Shown one piece after another: positions 24,776 to 37,042 of a stretch of DNA of 64,000 bases. Location of the stretch: NCBI GenBank assembly GCA_030295235.1, contig AP026123.1, positions 2,418,001-2,482,000 of the forward strand. Direction: 5' to 3'. The position numbers were made by a program, and so were the translations under genes. Position 1 is the stretch's first letter. Every line of letters begins with the position of its first letter. This DNA comes from Fistulifera solaris. Taxonomy: Eukaryota. The notes beneath the pieces were generated by a model. It was not told the DNA's origin and did not search any database. It saw only the letters and a program-made list of their open reading frames with translations.

Positions 24776-27700
24776 TTAGGCTGCAATACCTTGAGACATG
24801 TACTGGTAAAGGTCGTACTGACGCGTTCCGTAGGACGTTGTTGCCTGCTTGATTAGATCGAGAGCAAATGCGACAGTTTCTTCTTTCGTTTTGTTCGGAC
24901 AAAAGCGATCCCGTAACTTGTCTAAGAATTCGTTGGTATCCTTTCCCTCAAAACACTTGAAGGTACTATCTTCGCACGTTATTTCAACGATTGTCAGAAA
25001 CGTGTCGCGGTAGGCTTGCAGTGCTAAGAAACCGCAACAAAAGAGAGTGACAAACTCGGAAAATAGAGAGGATCGCAAGCCACCCATGACGTCGAGCATT
25101 TCTTCCGTAAGTTTGAAGGGCGTTGACATTTCGAGACTAAACGAGCCGCCTGGAGCAATTCCGAAGACAAATCCGAAATCAATATGAATAACGTGACCCG
25201 CTGTATCCAACAGAAGATTTCCATTGTGTCGGTCTTTAAACAGGAAGAAGTACGACATTAAAGAATATGCCGCCAGACTACGAACAAAGTTCATTTGTGC
25301 TGATCTGAAGGCTTCACTTGGGTCTGCAGTGAACTCTGTCATTCTTCTGAAATGCTCTCGTAGCCCTCCTTTTCCATAACCTGGTCGTTTCTTTAGGGCG
25401 TCAAAAGACATTGCATTCCGAACCATTTCTATAACACCCGTTGTCCGTCCTGTTGCGAGAATACGGTACGGACTGACCCACAGTTCTAATCCGGCCAAGT
25501 CAAACGCTTCTTGACACAGTTCAATTAGTTGCATGACGAAAGCTTCCTGCCGCAAATCGTCGTTCGACTTGACAATCACACCCAGCAAATCCCATCCAGG
25601 CAAGGTTCCTTCAGGACTAGACGACAGGATCCGTGATTTCTTTTCGGCCCACCTCTCTCCAAACGCAAATCTACCCCAAAACGCGGAATCCTCGTTCAGC
25701 TTATCAACGTTTTCCGAGTCTAGAAGAACAGAATGTCTAATAAAAGCAGCGTCCTTCTTCACCAATTCCAGTAGTTCAGCATTGTTGACCATTCCACCTT
25801 TCCACAGAGTTAAGGCTTTCAAAACAGCGGGTGGAACAGGTCCACAGCCAACAAGCCTTGGGTCAATATCCCCAGCATCAATTGTTGTAACTTCCTCTTC
25901 CTCTGAACCGTCGTTTCCTGGCTCTTCATCGCCGATATTATTACCGGACGCAACTCGATTAAGTGATACGTGCTGCAAAACTTTAGCTGCATCGATTGCG
26001 CTTAGTTTCCCCCTGGGCGACACGAGTTTGAATTAGTAACAACCGTATGGACTCCATCACCTCGTCTTCTTCACATGTCTGAGCAGGTTGGGCATCATCT
26101 TTTGCAATTAGCTGTGGAAGGGATGACTTGTCTTCATCCGAACTACCCTCCTTTTCATTGCGAAGTAGAAGCTCGGTTGCTCGCTTCCGTTCAAGCTCCT
26201 GGAGGCTGCGTTGTATTGATATGGCAGTGCCCGCCGCGATAGAGTTACCTTGCATACCACGCAGCATGATTGCGTTCAAAACATCACGACGGACATCCCC
26301 GGTAGGAGCAAGCGAATTGTGAGAGTCGTCGAAACTTCCCTGCTTCGAATCGAGAAGTCCTCGTGTAGCAGTTTTCTTTCGCGTTGACTTAACCAAATCA
26401 CCAGATTCTTCTCCTTTTATGTCGCTATCTGCGAGGCCGGTTTCATTATCCGCGTTAATTTCTACTTCATCTTCCAATGAAATCTCGTTTAGCGTTGCGG
26501 TGACATCCGCTTCCATGTTGGAGCTCGCTTTGATGTCTGGTAAAACAATGTCTTTCAGTGCCTGTACAGCAACAGAATTTACTATATCCTCAACATCCTT
26601 TCTTGGTGTCCTTGGTCGACTGCCGCTTGCTTCCAACACCGATGTCTTTCTGGTGCCTGCACAGACAAAAGAATGTATTCTGTTAGGTCAGTTGCATCCT
26701 CGTGAATATAATGAAAGACGTGTAAGCAAATTTACCTTTGGGGGTATGGAGATGACTTGCTGACGGACTTTCATCCGTCTCATCGGTCTCTGCCCTTTGA
26801 CGTTCGTGAAAGGGTTCAAGTACGTCGCCACCTTCGCTTTCCTCCGTGCAAGTGTTTGCTTCACTTATATCCTCTTGTTGATAAGCCCTTTGTTTCTCAT
26901 CAAGCTTCTCTTCCTCCTTACTAGCTCCTTCGTCCACGACCTCCATTAACAAAAGTACTGGGGTCCTTTCTTTACTCCGGAAAACATGACCTTCGGTACT
27001 CGGAATTCGCATAACACGGATGTAATCGTCTCTAACTCTATTCAAAGGATCGCCGCCCATGGTACCTGAAGAATTTAGCGATTCCAGCTCTTGCTCCAAA
27101 ATGGAAGCTCTCTCGGAAACATCTTTGTGCCTTAACTTCTCCGCAATATCTGAAAGTCTCCGAGTGAAATTTAGATGACACGAAAAGTAATCAGCATTTT
27201 TAGCAACTCGCAGCTTCTCGAGAACCGCCTCTTCGGGGATTAGTTCATTTTGTGTCCGCAAAAGTAAATCCATGCGTCCTGATCGACACAGTTCGAAGGT
27301 TGGACGCATCCGCATCTCCTGAATCTGTTGCATGCGCTCTTGGAGCAGCTGCACCTGATGGCCTGTAGGGGACAACATGTTGCGTAACGATACAGATCCA
27401 CCACCCCAGCAGCCTTCGAAATCAAACAGAACTGATTCAAGCTCACAAACAAAACGTAACACGGCATGCCTTCGTCGTCGACACGACGTCGAACACGAGG
27501 GATTGCCAAGCGATTCTTCTAAATCAGCAGTATGACTCCAAACAAGATCCAGTGCCAAATGTACTGAATAGCGACATGACACCGTAATTAAGAAGTCCTC
27601 ATATAATTCGATGCGCCGGGCTTCAGCAATGTTGGCGGCCGGTAGCATCCGTAAATGTATTTGACATATTTGAGGCCAGTAAAAGCCGACGGTCGACGTT

Positions 27701-29052
27701 TCACCCTCTTCGCATAGTTCCAACAGGAAGTCTAATATACAGATCAAAATATCATCCTGGGCGCTACCCCGTCGAGATGGTGATGACAACGCGCTTTCGA
27801 GCAGCAACTTCATAGCACAACCCAAGTCGCCTGAAACTCGAAAGGCCTGCTTCTTCAACGCTGCAACACTTTCATGCGACTCTTTCCGTTTCTTCGTCTT
27901 CTCATCCAATTGCTCCAGGAAATCTGGAGCACCTATTACGCCGTCTTCTAAATTTTTGCAAAGCGATTCTAGAAAAGGCGATGCCGTAGCCAAGCGACCA
28001 AACTCTAAAGGGTCTCGGACGACTTCTAGCAAGGCCACCGTCGACGCGGAATTAGGCGGTAAATGAATCCATGATTGTTTCATATTGGGCGAATCTTCCA
28101 CGGATTGCCATGAATCGGGAGGAGAGGGTGTCCCATCCGTGTCACGATCCACCTGCGACCACGATTCCGTCGACCCAGAATTATCCTTTGTATCTTCTTC
28201 TATCGGCTCCTCTGAGCCGTCGTTTTCCGATAAATCCGATTTCATTTGCGGCTCCGACGCGAGAACTGTCTTCCAACACAACTCCCTCGCCTTTTCCAGT
28301 ACTCGCTGTTCGTGCTGCGCTGCTTGTAACAGTAATTTGTAAAATTCAACATGCTGTAGCAGCCCTTGCGCTGTCGCACAATCTTCACACAAATCAACTT
28401 TCCCTTCGTAACCATATTGCGTCATGGGTGCGACATTCGATCCAATGGATTTGGTACCGACGAGGTTGATGCTCGCGATCGAGCTCGAATTGGTTTTCAC
28501 GGGAGACGCCACCGGAGGTTTTCCACCCTCGACGGCACCACACGAGACGCAGTAGCTGCGGTTCGAGCGCACAAACCGCTTGATTTGTGCTTGTGGTTCA
28601 GGTGGAAGAAGCGTCGGTTCGGATATAAAGTCACCCAAGGAAAGTTCCAGACCGGCTTGAAATGCGGCGAGCCACACGTTCCGGCATTCTTTCGATGTGG
28701 CCTGGCAAAGGAGGTGCGTGCCTTGATTCGAGACCAGTCGGAAGGAAATTTCGTAGGTGTCTTTGATCGATGCCGAGGCTCCCACGACATAGAATACCAC
28801 ATTCGGAGGGTCTCTTCGGCTCCATACTAGCTGACTTTCGTAGCATTCGAGTCGACAACCCACAAGAATACAGTAATCGCAACTTCGTGCTTCGGGTGAG
28901 GCACTTGACGATACCGAAATAGATAGCGAATTCAAAGAGGCACCGAGTTCAGAGGAAGATCCAGAGACAGGCTCTTTTTGTCGCCATAATGTCCCGGAAC
29001 AGACACCGTCTTTCCGAGTTGCCGAGTAATAAGAGGATGAAATGACGTTCAT
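24776..29052 (-). CDS. Phosphatidylinositol 4-kinase III-beta (PIK1-type) with N-terminal PH-like and zinc-finger region
   Basis: Kinase motifs IVKSNDDLRQE, KDRHNGN, IHIDFGF, PFKLT, and HVFRSKERTPVLL. Helical domain FYWPQICQ. Intron at about 26682-26734 and a frameshift near 26010. Confidence 0.92.
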
Positions 29053-29768
29053 CGTCTTTCAGATTTTTTGTGTGCGTGATCGAAATATTTTTGCTGCACC
29101 GCGAGTCTTTCGCGGTCTCGCTTGCAAAAGAAATGAAAATGCAAGTCTAGGGAATAAATTGTTAGAGTGGACGAGATCACACAAGCTGTTGTTTGGCAAA
29201 GCAAGACGTCGCTTTAGTTTCTACAAGTACCTTGTACCATGGTCATCACATCGTTGCGAAATGCAAAACGCTCATCAAAAAGTATTATACTATTTACTCT
29301 ATTGTACTCGACAACGTTGTCTGGTTTGAAGTAGCGACCGGTACTGCATTCTTGCGCACAGAAGGACAGACCTACTCATTTTCACGACTCGACTCGACGA
29401 CTCCTTTCTACTCCGTACCCTGGTAAGGTCTTACCAGGTAATCCGCGTAATCCGTAAGGCGAAAGTGAAAATGTCAAAGCTAGGGCTTGCCAACATAGAT
29501 CAAAGAAGATAAATCGAAAATTAGTCACTTGTCTGTGCTTTTAGCCAGGGTGTGGGAAACATGATTATTCTAAGACAACATGGCTGAAGACCTGAAAATA
29601 TACAACAATCAAAGACTGTTTAAAAAGCTCGGTTACTTCAGGTCATAACAATGTTAAAACGTAATTTAACTACAGCAGAATGATGTATTGAATGACAGAG
29701 GCCTCAAGCCTCGACTGGGCTTGAATGGTATCGTAAAATTAAGGTCGGAGACCTCGCCAGCAAAACGT

Positions 29769-30937
29769 CTATACGGCGTTGATCTCTTCCCATAATTCCC
29801 AGCTCTTTTTCTTGTTTTCGTCGTCCCAAGGCGACTCATACAGAATGGCCTTGGCGGCTAGCGTCCGCGCTTCCTCCATATGTCCGATGCCTTTATAAGC
29901 ACGGGCCAACGTATGATGGGCACCCGGATCCGTTCTTAACCCTTTGAGTGTTGCCTCTCCAAGCGAAATGGCCAGATCATAATTTTTCATATTGTAGGCA
30001 CAAATCTGGAAATTGTGAAAGAGTTCACGTTGCTGACATCTCGGGGCCCACTTGAAACCCTTCATGAAGAAAAAGATACGTATCTGCCGCAGCTTGCCAG
30101 TTTTCTAGCTTCATTTGCAAATCGGCAATTTGCATATGCAATTGAACCAAAGCCTCCTTACGAAGAACAGCACCCGGTTTCCCAAGATTATGCTTCTTCA
30201 CTTCCTCGTTGAAGTTCAGGTTCATGGCTCTACATCTCATCATGATCGCTTCAATCTTTGCACCTTTCTCTGCCATTTCGGTCCATCCCGGAAGGACTTC
30301 TTGTAATTCTTGCAAGGCAACCTTACTTTTACCTCGCAAACTGAGAAGGCTGGCTCGATCGTGCGTAAAGACAATCTTCATATTGGGCCCGCCGTTGTCG
30401 CACACTTTTTGAACATCCGCCAGCGCTTGATCCAACAACTGGTGCTGTTCTTCGACCGGCAAGTCACCCCGCTGTACGCGAGCGGCAATCAAGCTGACTT
30501 TGGCTGCCATGGACTGCGAAAGATCCGGAATTTCTGAGCGACAGTAGGGACAATTCGCTCCGCCGGAAGTTCGACTGAATGTCTGATAACGGATGAGACA
30601 GGCATAACAGAACGCGTGTTTGCAGTTGTTGAAAACAATGGGATCAACAATCGTCTCTTCCAAACAGATTCCACACGGCCCAGCCGTCTCCGCGTTCCCC
30701 CTGCGAAATACCCGTAATATCATCCATCTGATTCAAATCATCGACTACTGCCGTCAACCGCTTCATCTTTTCTACCGAATGACAGACAACTTTGTGTCGT
30801 TTCCATGCCGCTTTTTGGCAGTCGCGGCTGCAGTAATAGACCGTTTTACAGTTCGAACACCGCTGGGCCGGATGTTGTTGTCCGCAGTGTTCGGCGTCGC
30901 ACGTAATGTAACGTCGTAATGTGTTCTCGTCTTCCAT
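29769..30937 (-). CDS. MYND zinc finger - RING finger - TPR-like protein
   Basis: MYND CDAEHC..RCSNCKTVYYCSRDCQKAAWKRHKVVC and C3HC4 RING CGICLE..CKHAFCYACL..CPYCR. C-terminal TPR-like helices with AILYESPWD. Two frameshifts. Confidence 0.88.
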
Positions 30938-32109
30938 AATTTATTTTTGGTCGAGGGTCTGGTGGGAATCCGAGGATACGATGCTTGTTTGTTTGCTCTT
31001 TTCAAAAGAAAAAATGCAGCGTTATGGTTATTCGTCAACAATGAAAAGAAAATTCGTAAGATGATAGGTCTAGCTTGACAGATAGTTGGATCACTCACGA
31101 CTCGTTTTTGAGTCGCGGTCATTTGGTTTTTCCGCAAGACAACGCTGTGACACAACCAGTATGTCTAACACGGATTGAGGATTTTGATTCGGGAGTATCG
31201 CAGTTTCACGGCGTAGATAAACGAGCTTTCTAATATAATTTTGATCTGTCTTTGCCTTGTTCGTTTATTCGTTTACCGCCTTGTGTTTCTCCCCTGCGCG
31301 TTGGAGGAGCACTTGTTGACCGATTGTAAACACTATACCCCTCCTGGATAGTCTGCTGAAGTGTAGGGTCGCGCCTACTTTTCCTCCGTTCGATTGTTGT
31401 CGTCTCTCCCGTCCGGTCGAGGGTGACTAACGATTACAACAGAGGTGCAAATCCTTTCGAGTAATTGTCATAGCTAGTTGCATGCAGAAAACAAAAAAGC
31501 AGAGGCAGAGAGAAAACGACAAGGCGGAATAATAAGCACGAATGTCAGAGTGTCGTTTCGGTTTTTTACTATCCGAAAAAGTGAAACGTTTCGTTTTGGT
31601 GTACCGGCTCGATGATGAAGGGGGGGGTTTGGGGGGTGAGGTTTTTGAAGTCATCATTATTTTTCAGGCTATTTTTAGGCTATTTACTATAGTTCAGAAG
31701 GTACTAAAAAAAATCGGGCAAGGTTTTTTCGACTACTTAGAAGAAGTATAGTCAATTGCGGTCATTTTTAAGAAGATTACTATTTTGTATTAAAATAGAC
31801 AGCTAAATTATTTGAAAGAACAAGAAACAGCCTATCTAGTATCGTCTTAATTTGATCATGACAGCGTAGAAACATGTAGTGTCTGATGAAAAGTAGCCTA
31901 TAGCTTCTAACTTTATATGCCGTATTGTAAAGGAGATGTTAGCAATGACTATTTCTATTTAATAAATACAATATAAATTTAGCCTATTTCCTACTGAGTT
32001 TTGTTTCTTTCTTCTTTGCGGCTTCCGTGATCCGTGATCCATGCGATCTTCACATTCATTTCGATGTTCTCTGGTTTTTGTTTTTTCGCCGCAACCGTCG
32101 TGTATCGTG

Positions 32110-32205
32110 TTCATGCCGTAACATCATTGCATGTGATCCGGAATCGTGCGTTCGCTTTCATCTATTCATGCCGTAACATCATTGCATGTGATCCGGAATC
32201 GTGCG
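32110..32205. repeat. 41-bp perfect direct repeat with 14-bp spacer
   Basis: ttcatgccgtaacatcattgcatgtgatccggaatcgtgcg at 32110-32150 and 32165-32205. Confidence 0.9.
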
Positions 32206-32631
32206 ATAACTTCGATTTCAACGTTTTTGGATTTAGACCGCGAGTATTATGATCAGCTCTACCAAGAAAAATAGAATCCGAGAAGCGGTAAGACGAAGCG
32301 CGCGAAGTCTCTGTTTGTAGATATGGATGGTGCGTCTGTGGTTGCTAAAAGAAAGCGTGCTGCATTTGCAACACGCAACTAGATCATCGAAATGCAGCTA
32401 CGATATCTTTGAAGGCCTTATCAGAAAGGAATTGGTTTACGCCTGATTCTTCGTTAGATGTACCAGTTCCATTTTTCAAGAGAGAGTATCAGGTTCCTGC
32501 AGATATTACGTCAAGACTATCTACGGAAGAAAGAAGGTTACTATCTAAAGTTATTATATCCCCACGAACGTGCTTTGAAAGGAAAAATCAATCTTTAAAT
32601 CTATCAATATGTAATTCATGTCATAAGTCAA

Positions 32632-32737
32632 AAGTAAAGCCACAAAAATCAATTGTCAATATTCCCATCGGAAGAGAGCCCGAGAAGTAAAGCCACAAAA
32701 ATCAATTGTCAATATTCCCATCGGAAGAGAGCCCGAG
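32632..32737. repeat. 53-bp perfect tandem duplication disrupting the Helitron-like ORF
   Basis: aagtaaagccacaaaaatcaattgtcaatattcccatcggaagagagcccgag at 32632-32684 and 32685-32737. Confidence 0.92.
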
Positions 32738-33338
32738 ATTTTAGCTTCGTTAAATGATGTTGAGCTTGCTTTAATCACCATGGGAAGAGTTTCACGACAT
32801 ATCTTTACGATTTATGGTGGTGCTCATAAGTCGATGAAGACGTGGCATAAGATGTATGTCAATGATGTTAGTCATACAATTGCGGCGCTGAATACGTTAG
32901 AAGTTGCTATCGCAAGACCTACTATTTTCTGTGTCCTGTCGGGCCCGTTTACTCCTCAACAAAAAGCGAAAGCTTTGAGGATCGTCGCGATTCATTCACG
33001 ATCAACAATCATTCACGGATTCACTTTTACGCCTCATACTAGGCGCAAGCCCACAATCGTACAAAGTGTTTCATTAATTATCCAAGACTGACTTTCTGTC
33101 ACGTGTCATTACGGTACTGCTTGTGCAAGGAAACCTACATTTGATGCTATAGTAAAAACGGATGCGTCTTTTGACAACAAAACGCATGCGACGTTTTTCA
33201 ACATTGTTATGATGCTGTCATAACTAGCAATGAATTGAACTTTGTTGTTACCCTTGTTCATTATTACAATTATCATTATCAACAACGTTAAAGAGAGTTT
33301 GTCTGCAGGGACTGGACTGATTATGAACACGACGAGTG

Positions 33339-36300
33339 ATGTCGGAAGATGAGTATGATGGCATATTCGGGTTTGGTTCTATTATAAATTCATCGACCCA
33401 CGCGGCATGGCTGGAAAACGTCAATGCCTCTTCCTTTGCGGGACGAATGGCTCGCATCCACGGGCAGTATCAGCGCGCGTGGAATTTCCGGTCGGCGACC
33501 GGCTTTACTGCTTTAGGAATTTTAAAAAGCGATGAATCAGTACACGTGATGAATGGAGTGCTCTTCAAAATTCCGGATAGTGTCATTGCCGATTTCGATC
33601 GACGCGAGGTCGGATACGATCGAATTGAAATTCCACAGGATTGTATTGAGCTCTTGGCACCCGAATGTCATGAAAACCCTCAGTTGGTCCACGAATTTGG
33701 TGGCATGCCCAAGAAAGTGTGGATTTACGTCCCTCAGGAGGGCCAGGATGCCGACGAAAATCATCCTCTTCTTCAATCGTACGTCGATACAGTCATGCAA
33801 GGCTGCTTAGAATGGGGTGGACAGCCCATGGCACGAGAATTCGTTGCAACTACCGTTCAATGGAGTCCCTATTTCCTCAACGATACCCCATCGTCCCGGC
33901 GTCCGTGGCTGTTTCGGAAAGAATACGATACGATCGATAAAATTCTCCGCGAGACCCCGTCCACGCATTTTACCGAACGAAAGCACCCCGAAGAGTTCGC
34001 TTCCGCCTTTTTGTCCAACATGCGTGGCATCTGGTCGGTACCGCGGCGCAATACAACGTTTACCGGACGGGATGGAGTTCTTTGCAAATGCATCAGACTC
34101 TCACAACACAATCCAAAAATCGAAGTCGTGGGGATGGGCGGAGTCGGGAAAAGTCAACTATGCACGGAATATTGCTATCGATACTATCCTTCTTACTATG
34201 GACTGGCGATTTGGCTCAACGCCGAAAGTGCGGAAACACTGGCTGCCAATTATCGCCAGCTCATGGCCGATACGACCGATGTCGATGTCAAAGATAAGGA
34301 CGCTGACGAGGTTGTTACCGAAGTCAAAGCCCGTCTGTATCGTCTGAAAGTACCATGGCTTTTGGTATTTGACAATCTGGAGGATCACTCGTTGCTCGAG
34401 AAATTCGTGCCTCGCGGAGGAGCCAGTGGGCACGTTTTAGTTACTTCACGATGGGTGGAATCTGTGAGTTCTGTGACAACGCTCTCCTTGGATTGCTTTG
34501 ACTCCGCTGAATCGGTCGAGTTTCTCTGTCGGTCCGCTGGTGAACGTAACGTACAAGGGAAAGATAACCTAAAGGCCGCCCGAGCGCTGGCTGACCGTTT
34601 GGGGCATTTACCGCTAGCACTCGGTATGGCGGCCGCTTATATGCAGCGATGTGATGTCGCTTGCTCGGAATATTTGAATCGGTATCGTCAAAGTGGTACT
34701 CTGCTCGCCCATCGGGCTAGTAAGCTTGTTGACTATCCGCTAGGAGTGGCTTCGAGTCTCTCGCTCAGTCTGAACGTTATTCAACGGGAAAACAATGAAG
34801 CTTTCGAGCTCCTCCACCTACTAGGTTGGCTTGGACCTGACCAAATTACAAAGGCTCTAATGCGATCTCTGTTAACTGCAAAGTCGGAAAGGAAGAGCAA
34901 GGACAAAGAAATGGCGATGGCAGCCTCTGTGAGGAAGCAGCGCCTACAGAAAGCATGTATATGTTTCTCTCTCACAACATTGTTGGTCGTCAGCGCAGCC
35001 CGACTGTCGAAGCAGCGTTTACGTAACGCAGGTTTTGTGTCGGCTATTTGTGTTGTGTCGACAGTATTTCACTTGTCGAAGAGCTCGAGCGAAGTACCGG
35101 TGAGAACCAGGAAACCATCTTTCACTTCTTTCGTGTACGAGGAAACGGACGAAATCTGGAATATATTGAAATCGTTTTCCATCATTACCGTCAAACATGG
35201 AAAGGGCTCTATGCACCGACTTTTGGCACAAGCTCTCAGGCATGCACAGAGCGAAGATCTAGCTTGCCGAAATCTGGAAATATGTTTACGGGCTGTGCTC
35301 ATGGGATGGACTTTTAAACCAGAGAAGACCGAAACATGGCAAGCTTCTCTTGCCATTTTGGAACACGCAAAGTCTGTGACAATGCACTCTTTTGAACACA
35401 AGACATCGATGCTTGTCGAGACCGCTATGTTATCGAAGGAAATAGGCATACTTGCTACAATGGTTCTGAATCGCTTTGTTGAAGCAGAAAGTGCCTTAGA
35501 GCTCTCGTTGAAGATACTTTGTCAGGCTGAACGGATTACTCATATACACCGCAAAGTGCAGGCCGAGTCGTTGTATGAACTCGGTAGGGTCCTGCGTTAC
35601 CAAGGAAACTTTGAAAAGTCGGAGGAAAAGCTGCGAGAGTCTCTCATGATTCGAAAGAGTCTGAGTCGTCACGATCCTACGATACATCAAGCCATCGCTG
35701 AAACGCTGCATGAGATTGGTATGAATGAAGTGAAGCGGCATTATCTTGATTCTGCTGCATCTTTCTTCCAGCAGGCTCTTGACCTGAAACAAGTCATGGA
35801 TGCTGAATACAGCTTAATGCATAGAGATCAACTAGACGCTAGCTACGCGAAAACATTGCATCAGCTTGCAGCCGTATATGTTGCAAGAAAGCCCCCTTCA
35901 CTAGCCAAAGCCGAGACATTGTTACAGGAAGCGTTGAGTCATAGCACCCAAATAGGTCAACGAGCTGCTACTCTCAAAGAACTAGCTCGGGTTACCATGC
36001 GCCAAGGACTTTTAAATCGTGCGGAACTTTATTTGGCTCAAGCCCTGGAGCTCTACGAAGAGCTTTACGGAGAAAACGCCTCTCACATCAACGTAGCGGC
36101 GGTGAAATTCCAGCAAGGAGCGTTAGAGTCACAGCGCGATAGGTTGGACGAAGCCTGGGTCTGCTTCTCGGACTGCTTACGAATCCGACGCCAGGTGTAT
36201 GCTTATGCTCGCACCCAGTCTGACAACTCCGACGACAATCCTGTCCATCTCGATGTTTCATCAGTTCTTCACGAGTTGGGTCATGTTGCTTTCAATCAGC

Positions 36301-36948
36301 ACAACTTGAAATCCGCGCTCGAAATGCTCAAAGCCGAAAGATCCGTTTTAGAAAGACTTTTGAAATAACACCTACAGAAAGAATCTCGCAAGCTCGTTTA
36401 ACAAACCTTACGTGGCTGAAAAAGTGCTATCAAGCGATTGGTGACGAAGAAGCGGTGCTTCAAATTGCTACGGAGAGAAAGGGCTTGAAGCTTAAAAAGA
36501 AAGGTACCGAAAAAGAATCCAAGCATCATGGAAGCGACAAAAATTTGGAAAAGAGGACTTTGCTCCAAGTCGAATCGTTGCGATGTCGTCTTGTAGTTAG
36601 ACAGTTTGCGCTGACGAGTGATACGGAACGAGCTGCGTTCCATAGCGACGTTCAGACCGTTCTCGCCGAGCTAGATATCGCAATTCGCAATTCCGAGTCT
36701 AATTCTATGCGATCCGGTGCCGAAATATTTCATAACACTGTGACCAAAGCGCTTGCTTCCAAGCAAATGTTCCCCAAAGGAGTCTTGCTGCAAGCTTGTG
36801 ACGATTTGAGGTAAGTAGACAGTCTCTCCTGCGATGTTTTTTGTTAGTTCGTCACCAACAAGTATTCTCCACCTTTTTCATCTTCAATAGGGATGTTCTT
36901 CGTGATCAAGGTATACAAGTCAATGATATGATGCAAAAAGCTTTGTAA
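33339..36948 (+). CDS. NLR-like STAND protein: GGCT-like domain - NB-ARC - hydrophobic insert - TPR repeats
   Basis: GGCT-like motifs IFGFGSII, NGVLF, FDRREVGYDR. NB-ARC motifs: VPRRNTTFTGR, Walker A GMGGVGKS (34131-34154), Walker B WLLVFDNLED, VLVTSR, GHLPLAL, MHRL. TPRs such as AESLYELGRVL..QG.FEKSEEKLRESL. The C-terminus continues over a frameshift near 36362 and an intron at about 36811-36890. Confidence 0.88.
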
Positions 36949-37042
36949 CATTATCCTATATATGTGTTTTTTGAGGACAAAACGTTGTGTGAACGCTACA
37001 TCTACATGTTAAGGCAAAAATAGAGAGTCGTAAACCGTAGAC

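Larger units (their letters stand above)
31540..33000 (+). mobile_element. Degenerate Helitron/Helentron-like remnant (zinc ribbon + DUF6570-like region); boundaries approximate
   Basis: Removing a 53-bp duplication gives CCIC...ICNSCHK..KPQKSIVNIPIGREPEILASLNDVELALITMGR...GGAHKSMKTWH...IFCVLSGPFT, resembling the N-terminal DUF6570 region of Helitron RepHel proteins. Truncated, with an AT-rich flank and internal duplications. Confidence 0.6.

Noticed and set aside
31350..31385. GTAGG-N6-CCTAC hairpin after CTGCTGA as a possible hammerhead ribozyme
   Set aside because: It lacks the CTGANGA and GAAA core in the right arrangement.
32110..32205. Repeat-spacer-repeat resembling a mini CRISPR array
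   Set aside because: Only two copies, a 14-bp spacer, no cas genes and a eukaryotic context. Better explained as a local duplication in a TE remnant.
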